Part shown: positions 12,651 through 25,445 of the stretch, one piece after another
Layout: every line of letters starts with the position of its first letter
Numbering within the stretch: the first letter of the stretch is position 1
DNA from: Pristiophorus japonicus
Taxonomy: Eukaryota
DNA: 64,000 bases
Reading direction: 5' to 3'
NCBI RefSeq assembly: GCF_044704955.1
Contig: NC_091998.1
Coordinates: 9,672,001 to 9,736,000 of the forward strand
The notes under the pieces: model-generated
Seen by the model: only the letters and a program-made list of their open reading frames with translations
What the model was told of the DNA's origin: nothing
Databases searched by the model: none
Made by a program: the position numbers and the translations under genes

Positions 12651-13169
12651 GATGATGGCCGTGAGATTGTGGTCGGCGGCGGAGCTAAGGTTCGCGTCGT
12701 CGACCTCCCGATGAACTCCACACTAACCCGGTGCCTGGCCCCAAGCGAAAACTTGCTCCGAAACGTGGCAGAGTTGCGCGCAGCGCAGTGGCCCATGGAT
12801 GGCGGGGGGTGGTGGGGGAGGGGGGGAGGGGAGCGCGACATTTGTGCGCAAGCGTACCCGGGATCACGCGGGTTGCTGCTCCTGTCACTGGTCAGAAACC
12901 CAAATCTCCGATGCCCGACATCGATCAAATTTAAAATTTAACGGTGTGAATATTTATTTGACAAGTGCGGTACTTGCCATTAAAAAGCACAGGAAGTACT
13001 TGTTATTTACTGTCAGACTCTGCAAGATTAAAAAAAGACTCAAACATCTCATCACTCAAACCGAGTCTTCACAGCTGCCTGCTAGGTTGACACATGGCAC
13101 TTTTATGTGCTTGTTTTTAATTATTTAGACATTTTTCTCCTCCCCCCCCCAATCCCTCCCCTTATGCTG

Positions 13170-13513
13170 TGTGGGGCACGGTGGCATAGTAGTCATGTTA
13201 CTGGGCGAGTATTCGAGAGGCCAGAGACACGAGTTCAAATCGCACCAGGGCAGCTGGGGAATTTAAATTCAGTTCATTAAAATAAATCCGGAAAATAAAA
13301 AAAGCCAGTATCAGTAGCGGTCACCATGAAACTATGGGAATGTCGTAAAAAACACATCTGGTTCACGAATGTCCTTTAGGGAGGGAAATCTGCCATCCTT
13401 ACCCGGTCTGGCCTATATGTGACTCCAGACACACAGCAATGTGGGTGACTCTTAAATGCCCCTCTGAAATGGCGGCTCACCACCACCTTCCCAAGGGCAA
13501 TTAGGGAGGGGCT
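13170..13513 (+). mobile_element. tRNA-headed SINE whose tail resumes at ~14402 after two nested insertions
   Basis: A/B-box-like head (GGTGGCATAGT..., GAGTTCAAATC); tail CAAGGGCAATTAGGGA... continues as TAAATGCCGGCCTTGCCAGC at 14402. Confidence 0.55.
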
Positions 13514-13873
13514 ATCGCTTCTCGGCCTTTTGGCTAAGATCATGCGTAACTGACCTGACAGGGGAGTAACCACCATGACCCCAAAGTGGTTCTCCCTGGA
13601 TCAGGAAGGTATATGCTTGCTTTTTGGAAATAGGAGGTGGGTGGGGTGGCTTGACCCATCCACCTCCACGGAGGTGTGTGGGTGACCTGACCCATCCACC
13701 TCCATGGCACGAACCTGGTGTTGCAGTACTTCCAGGAACGGTGCAATGGCTCCAGGCCTTTTGGCTAAGAGCATTGGCGCAGAGTGATCCTTGATGTGTG
13801 CAAGGTGACCTCTGGCGTTTGTGATTTGACAAAGAATTGGAACGATTGGCTACGAATTTAAAAAAAAAAAAAA
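13514..13873 (+). mobile_element. snRNA-derived mosaic retroposon (U2-U1-U2-U2-U6-like pieces) with poly(A) tail and TSD
   Basis: Exact U2 5' 29-mer at 13514-13542; U1-like 13549-13605; U2 3' half 13621-13745; poly(A) to 13873; TSD TTAGGGAGGGGCT at 13501-13513 and 13874-13886. Confidence 0.85.
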
Positions 13874-13883
13874 TTAGGGAGGG

Positions 13884-14401
13884 GCTATTGAGGGAGTGCA
13901 GCAAAGTTTCACCAGACTGATTCCCGGGATGGCAGGACTGACATATGAAGAAAGACTGGATTGACTAGGCTTATATTCACTGGATTTAGAAGAATGAGGG
14001 GATCTCAGAGAAGCATATAAAATTCTGATGGGATTGGATAGGTTAGATCCAGGAAGAATGTTCCTGATGTTGGGGAAGTCCAGAACCAGGGGTCATAGTC
14101 TAAGGATAAGGGATAAACCATATAGGACCGAGATGAGGAGAAACTTTTTCACCCAGAGAATTGTGAACCTATGGAATTCTCTACCACAGAAAGTTGTTGA
14201 GGCCAGTTCGTTAGATATATTCAAAAGGGAGTTAGATGTGGCCCTTACGGCTAAAGGGATCAGGGGGTATGGAGAGAAGGCAGGGGTGGGGTACTGAAGT
14301 TGCATGATCAACCATGATCATATTGAATGGTGGTGCAGGCTCGAAGGGCCGAATGGCCTACTCCTGCACCTATTTTCTATGTTTCTATGTTTCTATGTTT
14401 C
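13884..14401 (+). mobile_element. CR1 3' fragment
   Basis: ORF 14028-14297 matches the ORF2 C-terminus; (TTTCTATG)n tail. Confidence 0.9.
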
Positions 14402-15907
14402 TAAATGCCGGCCTTGCCAGCGCCGCCCACATCCCGTGAACGAATGAATTTTAAGAAACAGGCTCCTGCGCCTGTTTGCGCCAGCTGTGAGCTTTTCCAG
14501 CATAATTGCTGCGCAGTAGGGGGGCGATTAGCCCAACTTCTCGCCAGCAATGAGGATCTGACAGTTGGGACTTGACAGATCGCAAGTTTGGGATTTAGTG
14601 CACACGCTGAGAGTACACTGTCGTATCGACTGAAAATTCTGCCCCAGTACGAACAGCAGAGAAACAAGCCATTTGGCCCAACAGGTCTGTGTCGGTGTTT
14701 CTGCTCTACACAAGCCTCCTTCAACCCTGCTTCAGCTAACCCGATCAGCATATCCTTCTATTCCTTTCTCCCTCATGTGTTTATCCAGCTTCCTCTTAAA
14801 TGCATCGATACTATTTGCCTCCATCACTCCCTGTGGCAGCGAGTTCCACATTCTCACCACTCTCTGGGTAAAGATGCTTATTCTAACTTTCCCATTGGAT
14901 TCATTAGCGACTATCTTAGTTCTCACCGGGGAGAACTCCCCCTGCTCTTCTTCGAAATAGCGGCGTGGGATTTTTTACGTCCACCTGAGAGGGCAGACTG
15001 GGCCTCGGTTTAACGTCTCATCCGAAAGACGGCACCTCCGACAGTGCAGCACTCCCTCAGCACTGCACTGGAGTGTCAGCCGAGATTTTTGTGCTCACAT
15101 CTCGAGGGTGGGACTTGAACCCACAACCTTCTGACTCAGAGGCGAGAGTGCTGCCCACTGACACCATGTCTTTCAGCTATACAAAAACAAAATACTGCGG
15201 ATGCTGGAATCTGAAATAAAAACAGAAAATGCTGGAAACACTCAGCGGGTCAGGCAACATCTGTGGGGAGAGAAACAGAGTTAACGTTTCGGGTCGATGA
15301 TCCTTCGTCAGAACTGGAAAAAGTTAGAGCGGTAACAGGTTTTTAAAGAAGTGTAGCGGCAGTGAAAGGGGGAGGGGAGGGAAGAACGAAAGGGAAGGTC
15401 TGTGATAGGGGGGAAGGCAGGAGAGATTGGAGAGCCAAAAGAGATGACACTGTCTTTCACGGTGTGTTTGTCAAGTAACACGGTAAGATATATCCTTTAG
15501 ATTAGAACACATGAGGTTGGGACGGCTGGGAGTGGTGGGTGGGAGACATTACTTCCAAGAAGTGCTGCAAGCAAACTGATTCAGACCATGCCACAAAACA
15601 TAATTTATAGAATCATAGAAATTTACAGCACGGAGGCCATTTCGGCCTATCATATCTATTATGTATGTAAACCTGTAAATACCATGTCTAACCACCAGAG
15701 GGTTTATCCCCTGGAGTTCCAAGGCATCCCACAATCCCTTGGGAGCACCTGTATATAAGGAGGCCTCACAGGCTGGAGAGGCACTCTGAGATCTGTAATA
15801 AAGGACTATGGTCACACTGTACTTGGAGCTTGTAGTATCTAGTCTGACTCTTCATCCAAGACATAACAACTGGCGATGAGATACAGATGACGAACCCCAC
15901 CGCAACA

Positions 15908-16223
15908 ATGCAGAGAACTGTGGGCAGCTTGGAGAAATTTTCGGAGGGAGATGATTGGGAAACCTTCGTGGAGCGACTCGACCAATACTTCATAGCCGAC
16001 GAGCTGGAAGGAGAAGCGAACGCTGCCAAACGAAGGGTGATCCTCCTCACCGTTTGCGGGGCACCAACGTATGGCCTCATGAAAAAGCTGCTTGCTCCAG
16101 CGAAACCCACAGACAAGTCGTACGATGAGTTGTACACTTGTCTGTGGGTTTTGCTGGAGGAGCAGGTTTTATGTCGACGACACTTCATGTGCCCAAGTTC
16201 CACTCACTGTTCGAACCAGGCAT
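15908..16223 (+). pseudogene. Gypsy gag N-terminal fragment
   Basis: MQRTVGSLEKFSEGDDWETFVERLDQYFIADEL...LLTVCGAPTYGLMKKLLAP. Confidence 0.8.
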
Positions 16224-18977
16224 CATAGAAACATAGAAACTAGGTGCAGGAGCAGGCCATTCGGCCCTTCTAGCCTGCACCGCCATTCAATGAGTTCATG
16301 GCTGAACATGCAACTTCAGTACCCCATTCCTGCTTTCTCGCCATACCCCTTGATCCCCCTAGTAGTAAGGACTACATCTAACTCCCTTTTGAATATATTT
16401 AGTGAATTGGCCTCAACTACTTTCTGTGGTAGAGAATTCCACAGGTTCACCACTCTCTGGGTGAAGAAGTTTCTCCTCATCTCGGTCCTAAATGGCTTAC
16501 CCCTTATCCTTAGACTGTGACCCCTGGTTCTGGACTTCCCCAACATCGGGGACATTCTTCCTGCATCTAACCTGTCTAAACCCATCAGAATTTTAAACGT
16601 TTCTATGAGGTCCCCTCTCATTCTTCTGAACTCCAGTGAATACAAGCCCAGTTGATCCAGTCTTTCTTGATAGGTCAGTCCCACCATCCCGGGAATCATT
16701 CTGGTGAATCTTCGCTGCACTCCCTCAATAGCAAGAATGTCCTTCCTCAAGTTAGGAGACCAAAACTGTACACAATACTCCAGGTGTGGCCTCACCAAGG
16801 CCCTGTACAACTGTAGCAACACCTCCCTGCCCCTGTACTCAAATCCCCTCGCTATGAAGGCCAACATGCCATTTGCTTTCTTAACCACCTGCTGTACCTG
16901 CATGCCAACCTTCAATGACTGATGTACCATGACACCCAGGTCTCGTTGCACCTTCCCTTTTCCTAATCTGTCACCATTCAGATAATAGTCTGTCTCTCTG
17001 TTTTTACCACCAAAGTGGATAACCTCACATTTATCCACATTATACTTCATCTGCCATGCATTTGTCCACTCACCTAATCTATCCAAGTCACTCTGCAGCC
17101 TCATAGCATCCTCCTCGCAGCTCACACTGCCACCCAACTTAGTGTCATCCGCAAATTTGGAGATACTACATTTAATCCCCTCGTCTAAATCATTAATGTA
17201 CAATGTAAACAGCTGGGGCCCCAGCACAGAACCTTGCGGTACCCCACTAGTCACTGCCTGCCATTCTGAAAAGTACCCATTTACTCCTACTCTTTGCTTC
17301 CTGTCTGACAACCAGTTCTCAATCCACGTCAGCACACTACCCCCAATCCCATGTGCTTTAACTTTGCACATTAATCTCTTGTGTGGGACCTTGTCGAAAG
17401 CCTTCTGAAAGTCCAAATATACCACATCAACTGGTTCTCCTTTGTCCACTTTACTGGAAACATCCTCAAAAAATTCCAGAAGATTTGTCAAGCATGATTT
17501 CCCTTTCACAAATCCATGCTGACTTGGACCTATCATGTCACCATTTTCCAAATGCGCTGCTATGACATCCTTTATAATTGATTCCATCATTTTACCCACT
17601 ACCGATGTCAGGCTGACCGGTCTATAATTCCCTGTTTTCTCTCTCCCTCCTTTTTTAAAAAGTGGGGTTACATTGGCTACCCTCCACTCGATAGGAACTG
17701 ATCCAGAGTCAATGGAATGTTGGAAAATGACTGTCAATGCATCCGCTATTTCCAAGGCCACCTCCTTAAGTACTCTGGGATGCAGTCCATCAGGCCCTGG
17801 GGATTTATTGGCCTTCAATCCCATCAATTTCCCCAACACAATTTCCCGACTAATAAAGATTTCCCTCAGTTCCTCCTCCTTACTAGACCCTCTGACCCCT
17901 TTTATATCCAGAAGGTTGTTTGTGTCCTCCTTAGTGAATACTGAACCAAAGTACTTGTTCAATTGGTCTGCCATTTCTTTGTTCCCCGTTATGACTTCCC
18001 CTGATTCTGACTGCAGGGGACCTACGTTTGTCTTTACTAACCTTTTTCTCTTTACATATCTATAGAAACTTTTGCAATCCGCCTTAATGTTCCCTGCAAG
18101 CTTCTTCTCGTACTCCATTTTCCCTGCCCTAATCAAACCCTTTGTCCTCCTCTGCTGAGTTCTAAATTTCTCCCAGTCCCCAGGTTCGCTGCTATTTCTG
18201 GCCAATTTGTATGCCACTTCCATGGCTTTAATACTATCCCTGATTTCCCTAGATAGCCACGGTTGAGCCACCTTCCCTTTTTTATTTTTACGCCAGACAG
18301 GAATGTACAATTGTTGTAATTCATCCATGCGGTCTCTAAATGTCTGCCATTGCCCATCCACAGTCAACCCCTTAAGTATCATTCGCCAATCTATCCTAGC
18401 CAATTCACGCCTCATACCTTCAAAGTTACCCTTCTTTAAGTTCTGGACCATGGTCTCTGAATTAACTGTATCATTCTCCATCCTAATGCAGAATTCCACC
18501 ATATTATGGTCACTTTTCCCCAAGGGGTCTCGCACAATGAGATTGCTAATTAATCCTCTCTCATTACACAACACCCAGTCTAAGATGGCCTCCCCCCTAG
18601 TTGGTTCCTCGACATATTGGTCTAGAAAACCATCCCTTATGCACTCCAGGAGATCCTCCTCCACCGTATTGCTTCCAGTTTGGCTAGCCCAATCTATGTG
18701 CATATTAAAGTCACCTATTATAACTGCTGCACCTTTATTGCATGCACCCCTAATTTCCTGTTTGATGCCCTCCCCAACATCACTACTACTGTTTGGAGGT
18801 CTGTACACAACTCCCACTAACGTTTTTTGCCCTATGGTGTTCTGCAGCTCTACCCATATAGATTCCACATCATCCAAGCTAATGTCTTTCCTAACTATTG
18901 CATTAATCTCCTAATTAACCAGCAATGCTACCCCACCTCCTTTTCCTTTTATTCTATCCTTCCTGAATGTTGAATAC
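16224..18977 (-). mobile_element. Young CR1 LINE, 5'-truncated (ORF2 16316-18877 open, 853 aa)
   Basis: Near-identical to ORF2 at 7616-10522. Confidence 0.95.
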
Positions 18978-19087
18978 ATCGGGAAGTTCCAAGGAGCAAA
19001 AGTGAAGATCCATTTGATTCCAGGGGCGCAACCCATCCATCACAAGGCGAGAGCGGTACCTTACATGATGAGAGAGAGGGTGGAGAT

Positions 19088-19480
19088 AGAAACATAGAAA
19101 CATAGAAAATAGGTGCAGGAGTAGGCCATTCAGCCCTTTGAGCCTGCACCACCATTCAATATGATCATGGCTGATCATGCAACTTCAGTACCCCATTCCT
19201 GCTTTCTCTCCATACCCCTTGATCCCTTTAGCCGTACGAGCCACATCTAACTCCCTTTTGAATATATTTAGTGAATTGGCCTCAACAACTTTCTGTGGCA
19301 GAGAATTCCACAGGTTCACAATTCTCTGAGTAAAGAAGTTTCTCCTCATCTCTGTCCTAAATGGCTTACCCCTTACCCTTAGACTGTGACCCCTGGATCT
19401 GGACTTCCGCAACATCGGGAACATTCTTCCTGCATCTAACCTGTCCAATCCCGTCAGAATGTTATTCTATGAGATCCCCT
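19088..19480 (-). mobile_element. CR1 3' fragment inside Gypsy pol
   Basis: ORF 19185-19448 matches the ORF2 C-terminus; tail repeat present. Confidence 0.9.
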
Positions 19481-19609
19481 TGCATTTATGTAGCGCCTGT
19501 AACATAGTAAAACGTCCCAAGCCGCTTCACCGGAGCGATATCAGACAAAATTTGACACCGAACCACAGAAGGAGATAATTAGAAAATGCTGGAAATCTTA
19601 GCGGGCCAG

Positions 19610-22213
19610 GCTGCAATGAGAGCGCATCATTTCGCCGATCGAATTCAATGAGTGGGCCAGTCCGATTGTTCCAGTCCTCAAGGGAGACGGCACCGTCAGA
19701 ATCTGTGGTGAATACAAAGTAACTATCAATCGTTTCTCGCTGCAGGATCAATACCCGCTACCGAAGGCAGATGACCTATTTGCGAAACAGGCGGGAGTGA
19801 AAACGTTCACGAAGCTGGACCTGACCTCAGCCTACATGATGCAGTAGTTGGAGGAATCATCGAAAGGCCTCACCTGCATCAACACGCACAAAGGTCTCCT
19901 CATTTACAACAGATGCCCGTTTGGGATTCGATCGGCCGCGGCGATATTCCAGAGAAACATGGAAAGCTTGCTGAAGTCGGTCCCGTGCACCATGGTCTTC
20001 CAGGACAACATCTTGGTTACCGTTGAGCACCTGCAGAACCTGGAGGAGGTTCTTAGTCGGCTTAATCGTGTGGGGCTCAGGCTAAAAAGCTCGATGTACG
20101 TTTTCCTGGTACCTGAAGTGGAGTTCCTGGGGAGAAGAATCGCGGCGGACGGCATCAGGCCCACCGATTCGAAGACAGAGGCAATCGAGAACGCACCGAG
20201 ACCACAGAACGTGACGGAGCTGCGGTCGTTTCTAGGACTCCTGAACTATTTTGGTAACTTCTTACCGGGTCTTAGCACATTGTTAGAACCCCTGCACTTT
20301 TTACTGTGTAAAGGAGATGAATGGGTATGGGGTAAAAGCCAAGAAAATACCTTTAAGAAAGCTAGGAAGCTGTTATGTTCAAACAAATTGCTTGTGTTGT
20401 ACGATCAATGTAAGCGTTTGGTACTAGCATGTGCTGCGTCGTCGTATGGGGTCGGGTGTGTATTGCAACAAGCTAATGAATTAGGGAAATTGCAACCAGT
20501 TGCTTATGCATCCAGAAGTCTGTCTAAGGTTGAGAGGGCCTACAGTATGATCGAAAAAGAAGCGTTAGCGTATGTTTACGGGGTAAAGAAAATGCATCAA
20601 TATCTGTTCGGGCTCAAATTTGAATTGGAAACTGACCATAAGCCGCTCATGTCCCGCTTCTCTGAAAGTAAGGGGATAAATACGAATGCATCAGTCCGCA
20701 TCCAGAGATGGGTGCTCATGTTGTCCGCATACAACTACGCCATCTGCCACAGGCCAGGCACACAAAACTGTGCCGATGCTCTCAGTAGGCTGCCATTGCC
20801 CACTACAGGGGTGGAGATGGCACAGCCCGCAGATTTAGTTATGGTAATGGAAGCATTCGAGAGTGAGTAATCACCTGTTACCGCTCGACAGATTAGAACC
20901 TGGACGAGCCAGGACTCCTTACTGTCCTTAGTAAAAAACTGTGTGCTCCACGGGAGCTGGTCTAGTGTCCCGTTAGAGAGACAGGAAGAAATAAAGCCGT
21001 ACCAGCGGCGCAACGATGAACTGTCTATACAGGCAGACTGCCTCCTATAGGGTAATCGGGTAGTGGTGCCAAAAAAGGGCAGGGACACCTTCATCAGTGA
21101 TCTCCACAGCACCCACCCAGGCATCGCAATGATGAAAGCAATAACCAGATCCCACGTGTGGTGGCCCAGTATCGATGCAGACTTAGAGTCCTGCGTGCAC
21201 AAATGTAATAATGTTCACAGTTAAGCAATGCACCCAGGGAGGCGCCACTAAGTTTATGGTCTTGGCCCTCCAAACCGTGGTCCAGGGTCCATGTCAACTA
21301 TGCAGGCCCATTCTTGGGAAAAATGTTTTTAGTGGTTGTAGATGCGTACTCCAAATGGATTGAATGTGTGATAATGTCGGCAAGCACGTCCGCTGCCACC
21401 ATTGAAAGCCTACGGGCCATGATTGCCACGCACGGCCTGCCTGATGGCCTTGTGAGTGACAATGGGCCATGCATTACCAGTGCCGAATTCAAGGAGTTCA
21501 TGACCCGCAATGGGATCAAACATGTCACATCTGCCCCGTTTAAACCAGCGTCCAATGGTCAGGCAGAACCAGCAGTTCAAACAATCAAGCAGAACTTGAA
21601 AAGGGTAACTGAAGGCTCGCTGCAGACTTGCTTATCCCGAGTCCTGCTTAGTTATCGCACAAGACCCCATTCGCTCACTGGGGTTCCTCCCGCTGAACTG
21701 CTCATGAAAAGGGCACTTAAGACAAGGCTCACGTTAGTCCACCTTGATCGACATGAACAGGTAGAGAGCAGGCGGCTTCAACAGAATACATATCATGATC
21801 GCGCAAATGTGTCACGCGAAATTGAAATAAATGATCCTGTATTTGTGTTAAACTATGGACAAGGTTCCAAGTGGCTTGCTGGCACCGTTTTGGCCAAAGA
21901 GGGGAGTAGGGTGTTTGTAGTCAAACTCTCAAATGGACTCACCTGCAGGAAACACTTGGACCAAACCAAACTCAGATCTACGGACTATCCAGAACAACCC
22001 ACAATAGACTCTACCTTTTTTGACCCCCCAACACACACACAAGTGGCAACTGACCCAGCGGTTGACCACGAAGCAGAACCCATCACCCGCAGCAGCCCAG
22101 CAAGGCCAGTTGCGCAGCAATCCAGCGAAGGCCCAACAAACGACTCACCACCAGCATTTGCACCGAGACGATCAACCAGGGAAAGGAAGGCCCCAGCTGG
22201 ACTCATATTGTAA
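19610..22213 (+). pseudogene. Gypsy pol (RT-RNaseH-integrase) with stops and frameshifts
   Basis: WASPIVPV, CPFGIRSAAAIFQR, FQDNILV (decayed catalytic motif), ETDHKPL, ADALSR, HPG, VDAYSKW, SDNG, SNGQAE. Confidence 0.9.
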
Positions 22214-23478
22214 ATAGTTACACGATTGACTTTGGTGGGGGGGGGGGGGGGAAGTGTTGTTATGTATGTAAACCTGTAAATACCATGACTAACCACCAGA
22301 GGGCTTATCCCCTGGAGTCCCAAGGGATCCCACAATCCCTTGGGAGCACCTGTATATAAGGAGGCCTCACAGGCTGGAGAGGCTCTCCGAGATCTGTAAT
22401 AAAGGACTGCGGTCACACCTTACTTTGAGCTTGCAGTATCTAGTCTGACTCTTTATTCAAGACATCGGCCAGCAAAGAGCGATCCAGCCTAATCCTACTT
22501 TCCAGTTCTTGGTCTGTGCCCAGTGCATATCCAAGTTCTTTTTAAATATGAGAGGGTTTCTGCCTCTACCATCCTTTCAGGCAGTGAGTTCCAGACCCCC
22601 ACCACCCTCTGGGTGAAAACATTTCCTCTCAAATCCTCTCTAAACCTTCTACCAATTACTTAAATCTATACCCCCTGGTTGTTGACCCCTTTGCTAAGGG
22701 AAATAGGCCCTTCCTATCCACTCTATCTAGGCCCCTCATAATTTTATACACCTCAATTAAGTCTCCACTCGGCCTCTTCTGTTCCAAAGAAAACAACCCC
22801 AGTCTGTCCAATCTTTCCTCACAGCTACAATTCTCCAGTCCAGGAAACATCCTTGTAATCTCCTCTGTACCCGCTCTAGTGCAATCACATCTTCCTGTAA
22901 TGTGGTGACCAGAACTGCACGCAGTACTCCAGCTGTGGCCTAACTAATGTTTTATGCAGTTCTGACATAACCTCCCTGCTCTTCTATTCTATGCCTCGGC
23001 CAATAAAGAAAAGTATTCTGTATGTCTTCTAAACCACCATATCTACCTGGCCTGCTACCTTCAGGGATCTGTGGACATGCACTCCAAGGTCCCTCTGTTC
23101 CTCTACATTTTTAACCAATACCGAAGCTTAATCCCTGAATCCTCAACCATACAACCTGCACTTATTATATATCTCACTGCAATTGCCCAGTGAATTGCAA
23201 CATAAATCTAGTCAGCATATATCTAACTGAATACAAGCCTTCACTATCTCCTCTTTACAAGGTCATAAATGTGGTTTATTACCAGAAAAGGACCCTTTAT
23301 TGATCATTAACCGGATAATATTTATTTTTGCCATCCATTAACCCGAGTAAATATCGTGATTATTTATTCCGCGAATCTGCTTATCTTCTCATTTCAACCC
23401 AGAGGAGATCTGAAATTTCTCAATTCCCAGCCAGGATTTTTTCCGTTCGGAGCTCGTGGAAAATCTGAAAGGAGGACA

Positions 23479-23662
23479 ATGTTCCCTCTTCGGTCACTGG
23501 TCGTAGTCGCCGTGGTGACAGCGATACTGACGGTGTCGCGTGGACAAGGGGGGACCGGTGAGATGCCCAGCGAGTGCGGCGCTTGTCGAGGATTTCCGGG
23601 AATGCCGGGATTGCGTGGTGTGAGCGGAAGAGACGGTGTAAAAGGGGAATCAGGACATCCAG
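23479..23662 (+). CDS. Collectin (MBL/SP-D-like) coding exon 1: signal peptide, CxxC and 8 Gly-X-Y triplets
   Basis: MFPLRSLVVVAVVTAILTVSRG...ECGAC RGFPGMPGLRGVSGRDGVKGESGHP; phase-1 donor G|GTAGG. Confidence 0.9.
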
Positions 23663-23891
23663 GTAGGATGAGAACTTTATGGAAAAACGGTCCGTAAAAA
23701 ACAGACGGTAAAAGTGGCCTCAGAGGGACATGGGGTTTGGGAAGTTGCTGCCAACAGCAGGTCGGTCAGGCGATCTTTGGACACAGTAGCTTACTTATCT
23801 CCAATGGGTGAATTTTTCATTCCATTCCCAAATTTCCCCGTGACTTGTTTGCGTGGCTTCCACCAGGTTGGTCCTGGGACAAACACATGCA

Positions 23892-24494
23892 TGGGCTGAA
23901 ATTTTAGCTTCTCCGTTTTCGGGGCGAAAACGGAGGCGGGCGGGAAAATTACGATCAAATTAACGTTGCCGATTAATTGCAAAACCTTCGTCATTTGGGC
24001 TCTGCGCACAGCGCAAAGGGAGGCGTTGTACTCCTTTCGGGCCAGAAAAACGGGAACCTCGCCAACTTTAGTGTGAGGCCAGGAACGCTCAGAGAGAGGC
24101 TTTGGGAAGGGGGGAGAAAAATTCCAAAAAAAATGCCAAAAACAGTGCCAAAACGCTTACAACACAAATCGCTGAAAAAATATAACAAAATAACAACTAG
24201 AACTTACCTTTTTTTGATAGTTTATGCACTTCATCATCGCAGGCAGGGATGCACCGCTGTGTGGGCGCGTTTCGCGGCGTACGGGACAGGTGATTGCCAA
24301 AACTGGCAGCGGTGTGGCAATGCGAGCCGTTGTACACCCGGCGCAGCTCTCCCCGGCGCTGCTTCTAAATGTCACCGCAAAAACCGAGCCGAGGATCACG
24401 ACCCGAGCGAAAAACAGCTCACCGCCCCATTTTGCGCCGCGGAGTGTCAAAATCCGGCGAAAACCCGCGTCGCAAACGACCCGAAATTCCAGCC
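23892..24494. mobile_element. GC-rich non-autonomous TIR element (Harbinger-like MITE)
   Basis: GGGCTGAAATTT ... AAATTCCAGCC imperfect TIR; related to 54141-55245. Confidence 0.5.
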
Positions 24495-24987
24495 GTTGGT
24501 TCGTTAAGAAATGACGTGCAATTCTATAGACCCTTTCACAACCTCAGGGCATCCCTCAGCTCTTTACAGATAATTAAGTACTTTTTTTTTTGAAGTGCAG
24601 TTGCTGTTGTAATGTAGGAAACATGCAGCAGGTCAATTTGTGCACAACAAGATCCCACAACCAGCAGTGTGATCATGACCAGATAACCTGCTTCAGCATT
24701 GTTGGTCAATATTTACCCTCAACCAATGTTGGTAAAAATAAACATTGCTGTCTGTGGGGAAATGCCTGATGTCTTTCCTCCATTAAGAACAATGACAGCA
24801 TTTCAAAATTGTCTGAAAAGCGCTTTATGACACATGATACGTTATATAAATGCAAGTCTTCTTTTTAATATATAGTCATGTGGTTAGACACACACTGTGT
24901 TTCAGCAGCAGCAGAGTGATAAGGTTGATTTTGTTCTTTGAAACCTGGACATTAACCTGACCTGTTGATTGTCCGCTTGTTACACGA

Positions 24988-25445
24988 GAACATAAGAACA
25001 TAAGAAATAGGAGCAGGAGTCGGCCATTTAGCCCCTCCCCTCGAGCCTGCTCCTCCATTCAATAAGATCATGGCTGATCTGATCTTGGTCTCAACTCTAC
25101 TCCCCTGCCCACTCTTCATAACCCTTGACTTATCGTTCAAAAATCTGTCTATCTCCACCTTAAATATATTCAATGACCCAGCCTCCACAGCTCTGTAGGG
25201 CAGAAAATTTCAAAGATTCATGACCCTCTGAGAGAAGAAATTCCTCCTTATCTCTGCTTTAAATTGGCAACCCCTTATTCTGAAACTATGCCCCCTAGTT
25301 CTAGATTCCCCCGCGAGGGGAAACATCCTCTCTGCATCTACCCTGTCAAGCCTCCTCATAATCTTATACATTTCAATAAGATCGCCTCTCATTCTTCTAA
25401 ACTTCAATGAATACAGGCCCAACCTGCCTTCATAAGATGACCCCT
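24988..25445 (-). mobile_element. CR1 3' fragment
   Basis: RLGLYSLKFRRMRGDLIE...FFSQRV; tail repeat present. Confidence 0.85.

Larger units (their letters stand above)
15657..22465 (+). mobile_element. Gypsy LTR retrotransposon, decayed and interrupted by two CR1s and another short repeat
   Basis: 5' LTR 15657-15868 and a matching 3' LTR 22258-22465; PBS TGGCGATGAG at 15871; G-rich PPT before 22258; gag and pol remnants. Confidence 0.92.

Noticed and set aside
13514-13745. Functional U2 or U1 snRNA gene
   Set aside because: The pieces are fragmentary and interleaved, the U2 branch-point pairing region is missing, and poly(A) plus TSD indicate retroposition.
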